From positions 74,628,141-74,689,300 of the forward strand of contig NC_068981.1 of the NCBI RefSeq assembly GCF_001194135.2: 61,160 nucleotides of DNA, in the 5' to 3' direction. Position numbers and translations under genes: made by a program. The notes below the pieces were generated by a model. The model was not told where the DNA came from. It saw nothing but the letters and a program-made list of their open reading frames with translations, and did no database searches. Below are positions 12,262 through 24,226 of this stretch, piece by piece; position 1 is the first letter of the stretch; the number at the start of each line of letters is the position of its first letter. The DNA is from Octopus bimaculoides. Lineage: Eukaryota.

Positions 12262-12644
12262 GTGGAGGCGCAATGGCATAGTGGTTAGGGCAGCAGACTC
12301 GCAGTCATAGGATCATTGGTTTCGATTCCCAGAACGGGCGTTGTGAGTGTTTATTGAGCGAAAACACCTAAAGCTCCACGAGGCTCCGGCAGGGGATGGT
12401 GGCAAACCCTGCTGTACTCTTTCACCGCAACTTTCTCTCACTCTTACTTCCTGTTTCTGTTGTGCCTGTAATTCAAAGGGTCAGCCTTGTCACACTGTGT
12501 CACGCTGAATATCCATGAGAACTACGTTAAGGGTACACGTGTCTGTGGAGTTCTCAACCACTTGTGCGTTAATTTCACGAGCAGGCTGTTCCGTTGATCA
12601 GATCAACTGGAACCCTCAACATCGTAAGCGACAGTGCCAACAAC
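12262..12644 (+). mobile_element. Full-length tRNA-derived SINE (same family) with 12-bp TSD
   Basis: Colinear with 4348-4733; TSD atagattcaagt at 12250-61 and 12645-56. Confidence 0.92.
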
Positions 12645-12781
12645 ATAGATTCAAGTAACCTAGTATTACTCATAAAAAAAAGAAAAAACTCCTTAATGTA
12701 TCATTCTACAAAACATATAGAATATATTGTATGATACAAGAGAAAACAATACATGTTTTAAGTTATGAAACAGTCATTTGT

Positions 12782-12828
<47 letters not shown>

Positions 12829-13731
12829 TAAGATAGATAGATAATTGGATACACAGGTAGTGGATGGACAGACAGATGGACATGATGTGTTTAATCTACC
12901 TTAGAAAAAACAATAAAACATTCTGAGTTTGTTTATCATACTTGCCTTTTCTTTTCATCTCTCTATAATTGTTAACACAGACACTTATAATAAACTAGAG
13001 TCTGTAAACTATTTCTTCCTCTACTATATAGAATAGTAATTTGTTCTTCATGAACAGATAGAGTAGATTCCGTTTTAATTTTTACCTTTAGCAATTTCTC
13101 TTTGCATATATCAGTAAAGAACCTATGATAAGCTTAGGTTTATTTTATTCTCTAAGTGTAAGACTGTATTCTATATTCTGAAATAATTTTATACTCAACA
13201 ATTCAAAAAATACATTAAGATCTTTACATTTAAAGAAAATACAAACTATAGACCTGGGTATTTTGAATTATAGTTTGTTTATTGCCAAATTAAAGGATCT
13301 TTGTACAGTTAATGATAAAACAAGTTTGTAATTACCAAGTTTCTTTGTTGGAAAACAGCTGTTAAATATGCATGTAATGCAAAGATAGGTCATTTAAATA
13401 CAATCAGTTTTGGTTAATATTCAACAGATGTAACTTACCAGTGGTGGCCTGCGATTTATTTTATGTTTCCATTCTATCCTCCTAGCCAAACACTTTGTGG
13501 AACATACAACCCTCACAAAATTTCTTTCGACATTATTTCTGCAGCAGTGACTTGCTGGCTCACTCCTGAACCCTCCATTTGAAGAATGATGCTCTGCTAT
13601 GGAGCTGAGTTGGACTTGGTATGGCAGCCTATTGAAATACTCCTGTTAAGTTTACAGTGCTCTTGTTCAGTATTCCTTTCATTTGAAGTAGATAATTATA
13701 TCAGTGTTTTTAATTGATGCATAAAATTGTC

Positions 13732-13960
13732 TTAACTCATTGGCATTGAGGTTACTCTTGTCAAATGTAATGCTTATTTATTCACATTGTTTTGAATTAA
13801 TTATGCCTTATTTTATGGCTTTGAGAATTTGATGATGTGATCATCTATTTTTAGAATGACAGTGTAGGGTAGGTATGACAGATTAGATCTGGCCACTTTG
13901 AACATAAAACAGGCAGAATATTTTGGCCAGATATAGCTGGTTTAAATGCAAAAGGGTTAA
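13732..13960 (+). mobile_element. TTAA-flanked MITE (same family)
   Basis: ttaactcattggcatt...aatgcaaaagggttaa. Confidence 0.78.
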
Positions 13961-14450
13961 TTGCAGAAACAGCGTAGAACACAAACATCAACCAATAGTT
14001 TGAATGTCTGGTACCTTATCATCTTGGCTCACCTATCAATATAAACATTTTAATTTGCAATAGAAACAATGGTTATATAAAGCATGATAGTTGTGTTACT
14101 CAAATCTGTTATATATGAAACTCACTGTATTTAGTCTGTATGTGTCCAGCATTCTACTCTAGCTTTTATACCTATACACATTCTTTACTCTATTGATTGT
14201 ATTATACACCTAACTTTATTAGTAAGGATCAGTGCTCCCCAAAATCTTACAAATCTCGCTAGTTAGTTTTTGGGTAAATCTTTGAGGCTTGATTTTTCTA
14301 ATGGTCTGTTATTTATATTTCTACTGCAAATAAGTGTCATCTACAGCTTCTAAGTTTATTAGTCTCTTAATTATATTTTACTTTGGTATCAGGTATATTT
14401 AAATGTGTGACTAATAATAATTTCTGTAGTGGTTAGCAAGTAACTAATTG

Positions 14451-14838
14451 TTATTACCTCCGCCTTAGCGAAGGTGGAGGTATTATTTTCAGTCATGGTT
14501 GTTTGTTTGTTTGTTTGTTGGGTTATCTGTGGACAAGATATCTCAAGAACTGCTGGATGGATTCGGATGAAACTTTCAGGGATATTTAGCCTCATGACTG
14601 GCATGAACTGATTAGATTTTGGGATCAATCCACTACCTGACAAGGATTCTGGATTATTTTTCCTGTTTTTTTTTTTTTGTTTAATCTTTGATAGCGGTCG
14701 GCTTCATTTTTAGTATTCTCGTTTTTGAGAGCTGTCAAGTTTATTTCAGATATTCTCACTTTAAAAATCATCTCTGGCTAATCATTGAGAAGACGCTGTT
14801 GCCTTGGCAAAGGTTTGCTCTCTCTGAGTACTCTTGTT
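14451..14838 (+). mobile_element. Helentron-associated (HINE/DINE-1-like) non-autonomous element
   Basis: 5' palindrome tacctccgcc...ggtggaggta, (gttt)n microsatellite, 3' subterminal ccttggcaaaggtttgctctctctgagtactcttgtt, T-rich flanks. Confidence 0.62.
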
Positions 14839-15621
14839 TATATTTGTTGTTTTTTTGCTAATAGATAGCAACTAAATGACTATTATTTATTAATTTATGT
14901 ATGTATATATATCTAAATTAACTTGTATAACTATGCAATCACACATGCATACATACATTTAGGTGGAGAAGCAGATAACACGATTGCTGGCAGGCTAAGA
15001 TGGCAGATGACATGTTGCAAGATAGTGATTCAATTCATTTAATGTATGGTGCTGTGCCTCTAGATAAGACATGTTATGTTTGTTTCAATTTGCATTACTT
15101 GCATTTAATACCACTTTCGTTTCATAGATAAGTGGTAGGAAGCAATGAAATATTTATTAAACTACCTAAATTTAAAAAATTCATCTTATCCATTTTAGCA
15201 CGTTTACAATAATCTATCTGAAAGTCATCAAAACTATATGACTATTATAAGCAACAATAATTCTGGCAAATTATTTGGTCTTTATGCTAACATAACTGAA
15301 TTCCAAAGTAGAATCTGTTTAATGTTTTGTGTATCACCTTATGTTCTAGTCTGTTCAAATAATTCTTTAAAACGTTTAACCACCTAAAGTTGATAATGTA
15401 CATTATTTACACTAAAAAAATTAACCAGCAACCACAGCCATCACTTGTAAGTATTACTAATTACCATGTACCAAGCTATCACTAATTGTTTTAGGTATCT
15501 GTGTAGTCATGAGCAGACACAGGCACTCTCACAGCCTTCCTACTTCTTGACTGACCGGGGGTAGGAAGGCTGAGGATGTTGCAACTGTAGGGAGGAGGGG
15601 CTGTACTACCTTTAAGCTTAG

Positions 15622-15871
15622 TAAAAAGGTAAAGTTACTTTCTTGAGTAATGCTGACTCATAAGGGCCAGTTTCCATGGCATATATATTCCCCACCTGGT
15701 CAGTCCTCCAGTCAATTGCAGGATTACTCATTTTTGCCAGCTGAGTGGACTGGAGCTACGTGAAATGAGGTGTTTTGCTCAAGAATATAATGCATTGCCT
15801 GATCCAGGAATGGAAACCACAATATTATGATCATGAGTCCAACACCCTAACCACTAAGCCATGCACTTCCA
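15622..15871 (-). mobile_element. tRNA-derived CORE-like SINE
   Basis: ctcatttttgccagctgagtggactggagc..gaaatgaggtgttttgctcaagaa..ccactaagccatgcacttcc. Confidence 0.78.
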
Positions 15872-16564
15872 CTAATTAAGGCTAGTACTCAGTTTCAGCT
15901 GAGTAGACTGGAATGGTGTGAAATGAAGTGCCTTGCTCAAATATGCAACATGCCACTTTGTCAAGGAACTAAACCAATAGCCTTGTAATTCTGAGGCAGT
16001 ACCTGATGCACTGATATATTAACATGTAGAATCTCTCTGTGTGAATGTTAAGCCTGTGTCTTACACATTTGTCATAGTCTATTCTTTATTTGTTTCCCTT
16101 TCATGACTTGCAATGTAAATTCATTCTTGAAGTATATACTGAATGTTTTTTGTCACTGTACTTGCTTTATTTTCCCTTTATAAATATATAAACATTTGTA
16201 TGGAAGCTCTATTATGGCAATCCATCTTTATTAGTTACTGTCTCAGTAAAGTCCTCTTTACCGATTTAATGTCTACAAGATGACTGATATATTTTCTACA
16301 GTTTTAAAAAATTCTAAAATGGCTCAAAATTGTGTTAGTATAGCAATAACTGATTCTATCTATTGTTAAAGTCTGGTACTTATTCTCTCAGTCTTTTTTA
16401 CTGAACCACTAAGTTAATGGTTGTAAACAACTAACGCCTGTTGTCAAGCAGTGGTCAAACACACACATGCACACACACACATGCGCTCACATGTGCCATT
16501 TTGATTTTTTTAATGGCATTCTCATTGATATGTTTATCAGCTTTTGCACAACTGAATTTTGGCC

Positions 16565-16791
16565 TTAACCCTTCAGCATTTAGATTACCCAGTTAAATGT
16601 AATGCTAATCTATTCATATTGTTTTGAATCAATCATGTTTTATCTTGTGGCTTCGAAATTTCAATGATGTGATTGTTTAGTTTTAAAACGACATTGTAGG
16701 ATAGGTGTGAAAAGCCAGATTTGGCTAGTTTGAATATAAAACAAATAGAATATTTGGGCTGGATAAGGCCAGTTTAAATACTAATGGTTAA
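16565..16791 (+). mobile_element. TTAA-flanked MITE (same family)
   Basis: ttaacccttcagcatt...aatactaatggttaa. Confidence 0.8.
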
Positions 16792-19581
16792 ATTATTATA
16801 TTTTGTCATTAGAAAGACCATTTTGCTTATGGATTTATTGCTATCTTAGGAAAGTATCATGAACATAATATCTCTTAGCACCTCATTTAGAAAGTCCATA
16901 CAATTAATTATTCATAAAGGTTCCACCTGTTAGGAGTAGTCTGACAGAATATACAGTCGTTAGATGTCTGATGCTATTTATTGCACTTACGTATGTGAAA
17001 TATATGTAATTAGTATTTATTTTGATCTCTGTTCTTGATGATTATAAAAAGGACTTAGGGTAGAGGCAACTGCAAGGTGAATTTTTTCTGTTTACAAGTT
17101 CCAAATGCTAGTTGTGTTAACAAACAAGAAATGTGGTGGTGAAGGAAAAAAATAATGGCCTGAACCAAACTTTATTCTCTGAAAAAATACTTAATATTTT
17201 TTTGAATTTTTTTTCTTTGTATGCACAAAGCTGGATAAGGACTTATGAGGCTAAATGCTGTACTGTTATTTACTGGCCACATGGTTATGACTTCATTAGT
17301 AATCTCACTGGCCCTTGAGAGCTGGAAATGAAATGAAATGAGCTTGAAACTGCTGTTTTTGTTCTTGTCACTAGGTTCAGATCATCATCTGTTTTCCATG
17401 TAGCATGGCTTGGACTGTTTGACTGGTACTGGTAAGGCCAAGGACTCCACCAGGCTCCATTGTCTGTTCTAACATTGTTTCTCTGGCTGGATGCTCTTCC
17501 CACCAGTTGAATAATCGGAAATGTGAAACTTGGAGTACTGGAATTATGAGCCTTTCAGTTATAAAGTATTAAAGAACACTACGTTTATGTATTGAGTTCT
17601 GTAATTTATTGCTTCTTGGAATTTATATGTCTGACCTCGTGTGGTAGTTGTCAAGGAGCATCACTGTCATACAAGTGATGTCCTTCATTTCCTGTCTTCT
17701 GTGAAAACGTGCCAAGCCATGAGAAGCATCATCTTATTTGGAAACAGGTGAGGGTTGGAGATAGGAAGAGCATCCAATTGTAGAAAATCTGCCTCAATGA
17801 ATTCTATCTGACTCACCCATGCAAGCATGTAGAAGTGGATGTCAAAATAATGAAGGTGATGATGACGATGATGATGACGACGACGATGATGACGAACAAA
17901 TGTCATGCTGTGACTGAGTTCACTTTGCTCACCTCTTTTGAACCATTACCAGAATCTACAAGTGCATAAGACCGACTGAACAGCTGAAAAATTACAGTAA
18001 GTTCAGACAGTCTTACTATATCCCATATGAATCATCATTGCCTACTAGAGTGTGCAGTATGGAATTGAGCTGGATGGAGACATGGTATAACTAACAAAAT
18101 GAATCTGTGGATCAATCCTGGACATTCAATTGACAACCTGCATGCCATGGACCTGATTGATCATTGTTGACTTGGGGACTTACTTACACAACCAAAACAA
18201 CTGGTTACTTTCAGATGTGGTTTGGTCTTTATTTTCACAGTTCATATAGAATCAGACACATAAATCATAATTGGCATTTTATGTTTTACTGCTGAAGGTT
18301 GTTTAATTTGTTTAGAAAATTCTCATTAAATTTAATCAGGTTAACATATTCTTTCTAAAGTTTACTCCTGTAAAGATATTAAGTAACTCCATTAAAATGT
18401 CAACTGAAATTCAAGTGACACTTTGTGTTGGTATCTACCCATCACATGGAGCACACACAGAAGATTGATGGAACATATAAGAAAGGAAGCATCTTAAAGC
18501 AGCAGTGAGTTTCAGCTTGTAGCACTTTTAACTAAAAGTCTGCAGGAAAGGAAACAAAAGAAAGTTTATTTCTTCTCACATCTTGAAAATAAATTTTGAA
18601 TGCAAAGTATGTTGGAGGATTATTGAGCCCTAAGTTCTTACTTCAATCAGTGGAATAAATTTTAATTAGGCATGTTATTTAAAAATTGATGAGTCTTACA
18701 GATGAGATATAACATGGAACTAAAACTCATAGAAACCTGTGAATTGCATTACAGCCCTTTCCAACTTGGAAAGATAGAATACTTTAAAATGACAAAGATC
18801 TAGTCATCTCTTCTATAACCAGCTGTTATTTCTGCATAATGATTTTTTGAGTTTTGTGAATCAAGGATTTCATATTTGGGCACTGTTTTTGATACGTTAT
18901 ATAGAAACAAGGTCCCAAATTTTGGTGGGTGAGGTATAGTAGATTCAATTGATTTATTTATTGCATTGTTCATAGAAAAACGAAAGGTAAATTTGACTTC
19001 AGCTAGATTAGTATTTGTTTTAGGCACAAGATCTGAAATTTTGCAGAAAGGGAGTTAATTAATCATCAACCTCAGATTGATAGTATCAAATGTATGGTTT
19101 TGTATTCAATTATACTGCATAGAACTTTGGGCAAGTGACTTCTACAAAAGCTCTAAACTAACCAAAGCCTTATGAGTGCAATTTGTAGACAGAAACTGAA
19201 AGAAGCTTGGTGTATAGATGTGCATATGTATGCAAGTAAATGAGAGTGTGTGTGTTTTACTGTCTCCTTGCCTTAAAAAAAAAAACGTGTTGTTTTATAT
19301 TCCCAGTGAACATTATGTTCAGAAGCCATTATCTCTTCATGGGTTTTGCCATTTCTGTTTTTAAGCTTTCATATTATTTTGAGATTCCATGTTTCTGCAC
19401 AATGTCCTACTGTGTAAAAGAAAAATATTGTTGCATTTGTTTTGCTAAGTTCTGCTTGCTAAATTTCTTAAGCTTGATTTGTTGTAAAGTTTCTTTATAT
19501 TGATGTTTACTCTCAAACAATTATTTTTGAAACCTTCATGATTATTTCCTACCAATAATTTATAGTTTCTTTTTGTTTCAG

Positions 19582-19748
19582 ATGCAAATGTAATGGTCAT
19601 GCTAAAGCCTGTGAAAAAACCGCTGATAACCGTGTCCGGTGCAAGTGTGAACACAACACTGCTGGAGTAAGCTGTGAAAAGTGCAGTAGTTTTTACAATG
19701 ATAGACCCTGGAAAAGAGCAACAGAAACTGATGCTCAAGAGTGTCTAC
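19582..19748 (+). CDS. LAMC1: Laminin gamma exon (first LE repeat)
   Basis: ttttgtttcag|A TGC AAA TGT... = (R)[55 protein letters not shown]; donor C|gtaagt; 167 nt, phase 2 to 1. Confidence 0.95.
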
Positions 19749-21896
19749 GTAAGTGATTAAGTTAATCAAAATTCCTCATAGTATTTTATTTCTGTTAGAG
19801 AAGGCGCTGAACTGGGAGAATCGTTAGCATGCCAAGCAAAATGCTTAGTGGTATTTAGTCCATCTTCACATTTCAAATTCTGTTGAGGTCAACTTTGCCT
19901 TTCCTCCTTTCAAGATCGATAAAATAAGTACCAATTGAGCACTAGGGTCAATGTAATTGATTTTATCCTTCCCCTGAATTTGATGACCTTGTTGCCAAAA
20001 TTTGAAATCAATATTTTATTTCCATTCTAGTTTTTTTTATGAGGTTTAAGGACCCATCATATTTTAGTAGTACTTTTGAGGTGGTTAGTTGATATCATTA
20101 AACATTAAGACATTTCTGTTTGATGATGTTGTAACCTGTTCATCTGTTTGTTTATGTGCTTCCATTTCCATGAGCGCCTCCACTTGCTGGCATACTCAGG
20201 AAGCTTGCTGGCTATTGTCTTCTTGGTTGATGCTATCTCCAAGACTTCAACATGTGCTTCAAACACCAAATATTGCCTGCCTGTTCAATCTGTGTGCCCC
20301 TGTTCATGATCTTCATGGTTGATTGCTTGGTTTTGTAGCAAAATAAGCACCAGTGAGCAAGATGATTCACCTTTAGTTAAGATTGTATGTGAATCAGGGG
20401 GAGGTAAGCATTGTTGACAATGCTTATCAAAATTTATAAAGAGAAAGAGGAGCATCAAAAATGAAGAAAAAAATATTTTGGAAAATGTGTTGTCCAACAT
20501 AACTTGCAGTATTCTAACAGAAGATAAAATAAAGATGGGTCACATTAGTAGAAACGTTTTGAGTTCTCTGTGTGAAATATTTTGCATAGAATCCTGATGA
20601 TGAAAAAAATGATTTATAATAAATTTTTAATTGTTTTATGCCTGATTTTCTATACTGCCATAGACGAAGTGGGTATTTGTTTGAGGCCATATTTTCATGG
20701 TTGGGCGCTCTTCTTGTTGCCTACTATTTCCTGTTCTGCTAGTAAAATGTTCATTGAGAATATAAACATGATGGTACCATTTTTCTGCTCACTTGATCTG
20801 ATGCAAGAAGTGGATATGGCAATGTTTACATACTCTCACAAACACAAAGGATGGGCTTCTATATAGTTACCCTCTACCAGTTACACTCTCAAGGTATTGA
20901 CGATTCAAGGCAATAATACCAGATGTTTACTGAGTGGGGGTCATGCAGTGGAACCAAACCTAAGATTATTAGGTTGAGAAACAAACTTCATGAATGACTC
21001 AGTCATACCTGGGTGTTAATGATAGTGATGTTTTCTTTTATTGAGAAATAATATAATGGATAATTTGGAATCTGACAAAGAGATTTGATCTGAAATTTTA
21101 TTTTGAATCTGATATGCTTGCATCTTGGAAGAAGAGTTCTGATAACCATTTACAGCACATACATGTTTGGTTTTGTTCTATTTTATTATAGTAATAATCT
21201 TTTCAAAATGAACATTATCTAACATGAATATAGAAGGAATTATGTTAGTCACTCATATCATACACTTTTGTATATCATCATAATGACTATAATAGTCTTT
21301 GGTAGGAGTACCTCCCTCAATATCACTCCCCCTCAGCTGAGAGGTCTTACCTTGCATGTTACTTGGCGATCTCACCGGTGCTGGTGCCAAGTAAAATGTA
21401 TCCAGTATACTCTGTTAAGTGGTTGGTGTTAGGAAGAGCATCCAGCTATAGACACCATGCCAAAATAGAAAGTAGGACTTCTAAATCATTGCCAGCATGG
21501 AGAGCAGGTGTTAAATAATAACAATAATAATGATAAGAAGAAGAAGAAGAAGAATGATGATGATTGTGATAACAATGATGACAGTAATGATGATGATGAT
21601 GATGATCAGGAGGAGGTTTTGTTCTTTCTGTAAGTATTTTATAGATATCCTATAAAATTCACCAATTGCCAGTCAGTTTCATGTAGAAATATTTATTTTT
21701 GAAATGTGTAATACAATTACAAGAGGGATGTTTATAGAAAGAAGCAATTTCTGCTCAAGCATAATTTTGATAAATATAATAAAGTTTGTTTTAGCCTTTA
21801 TAAACATATGTTAATAAAATTAAATTTTCCTTTTGCATTGAAAGTTATACACAGTATAGCTGTCAAGGTTGAAAAAACTGAGTGATCAAAATACCA

Positions 21897-21939
<43 letters not shown>

Positions 21940-24193
21940 GTGTTGCCATCCGGTTTCACCAGTCCTCAGTCAAATCGTCCAACCCATGCTAGCATGGAAA
22001 GCGGATGTTAAACGATGATGATGATGATGATGATGATTATTATTATTATTATTATTATTTATTATTATTATTATCATTATTATTATTATTATTATTATTA
22101 TTAGTGTGAGTGATGGAACCCTATGAGAAATAAAGATTTGAGACTAATTAAACTATTTGATGTACAAGCAAAGTTTAATACATGTTAAAATGGTGTTTGT
22201 ATCAATAGTTACTGTAAAATTAGTAATAACAATAAAATTAGTAATAACAATGTTAATGTATTATTGAAATGGTTAGCATTGTGTGTATATTGAAAGCATC
22301 TCTTCTTTTCATCTTTTATTATTGCTCTCAGGATATAATTTTAGGTAAGTATTTTTACATAGTGTATCTTATTTGTCAAACAAAAGAAGTCTTGGTATTT
22401 CTGTATATTTATTTCATTTTTTTTTTTGTGGTATTTTGTTTGTTTGGGAGCTGTTACTGCTTTACCCTTTGTAAAACATAAGTCACAGGTACTTTGATGC
22501 TTTATGTGGAAACATCTAGCTAATTGTAAATGGGTGCAGTTGTGTGGTACTATTCACCACTGCAAGTGGTAGGAGCATTGTATAGTTGACAAATGTTTTC
22601 TTAGCTTTTAGTGTTGTACTCAAGTTCTGCTATGAACACTGTAGAATAAACTACCTCTGAGCATTGTTTATAGAGAAATCTTCTCGATGCAATACTGTTA
22701 AAGATTGGCATTTTCTCTATAGTATATGTCAGTCATAGACATGGAAAGTATTAAAAGTCAAGTTGATTCTTTAAAAACACAGAAAGATGGTTTTCAATAA
22801 TACAGTTACCAAAATACATGATAATATGTATGTTGTAAATTTTAAGTGCCTGTTAGTCTTGTTTCATAGAATAGGGAATCTAGGACATTGCACTATCATC
22901 CTTATCACCCTAGCTCTTTCACCATCTTCAGATATATAATTAAGAAACTCCACCAGACTTGCATTTTCCTCATACACTCTACATATCTTCTTCACTGATT
23001 ACCCATCACTTTCTCACTCACATTCTCTCTGGTGTTGGTTCCACAGTGGAATGTACCCAGTTCACCCTGCAAAGTGTAGGGGTGTGAAAATGTGTTAGCC
23101 TTGTCAAAAAACATAGCAATCCCTCTAGTGTTAGTGCTATGAAAAAATGCATGTAGTACACTCTTTAAAGTGGTTGGTATTTGGAAAGGTATCCAACCAC
23201 TGAAACCAAATTAAATATGAAGCTAATAGATGTAATATGCTCTCCTGATCCATCTAGAAGAGCAGAAATGACCCATCTGGTTCGTGCCAACATGGAAAGT
23301 AAATATAAAATAACAATAAAGATGAAAACATTTTTTCTTGACTTAGTTAAATCTGGACTGTCTCCCAAAGTGCCAACTGAAGGAAAGCTACACTGGGAAG
23401 GACTATCTGCCCATGCTGTAGATATTCCTCAGTTAAGAAAACTATTGAAATTTGTGGAAGGGTGATTACATCTTGGCACCAGTGACATGAAAGTTATAAG
23501 AATGACAGTCTTGATAAATCTGAATTCTGACTCTAAATTTTCCTTTCTACCTCTCCAATTCCTGGAATGGATTATATAACTAGTGTGATATTATGTACTA
23601 AAGATGTCATCGTTATTGTAATTCATTAAATGTAGAATTCCCAACCACCCCAACCTTTCTTGCACAAATATACTCACAGTTATACATGTCATTAAAATAG
23701 ATGTCTGTGATGCATTGATTGCAAATATTGTGATTTGTGCATTGTATTTATTTATCCATTTATTTGTATGATTTTAGAGTGTAACTGCAATGGAAAATCT
23801 CGGGAATGTATTTTCAACCAAACTTTGTATGACCAAACTGGTCATGGTGGCTATTGTATCAACTGTCGGGACAACACTGCTGGACCTGCCTGTGACCAGT
23901 GCAAAGTGAACCACTTCTTGAAACAACCACAACATATGTGCATGCCATGCAATTGTAATCCAACTGGTAAGTATTAACACATAACTCTGTAACTACTTCT
24001 TGCACTTCATATTTATTTGCCTTATGTTTAGTCATATTTATTTTATGGCATATTAACAAGCTCTATTTCATTGAGTCACAGGTATAACATGGAAGCATTT
24101 TGTCTTCATGTAGTGGATCAAAGGCAAATCAAATGGAGTCTGCTTCTATGTTTGTGCGTGTATGGTTTTTTTCAGCCTGTCTCTCCCCCACTC

Positions 24194-24226
<33 letters not shown>

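Noticed and set aside
18800-19027. 75-aa ORF
   Set aside because: No protein motif; looks like non-coding repeat sequence that I could not classify.
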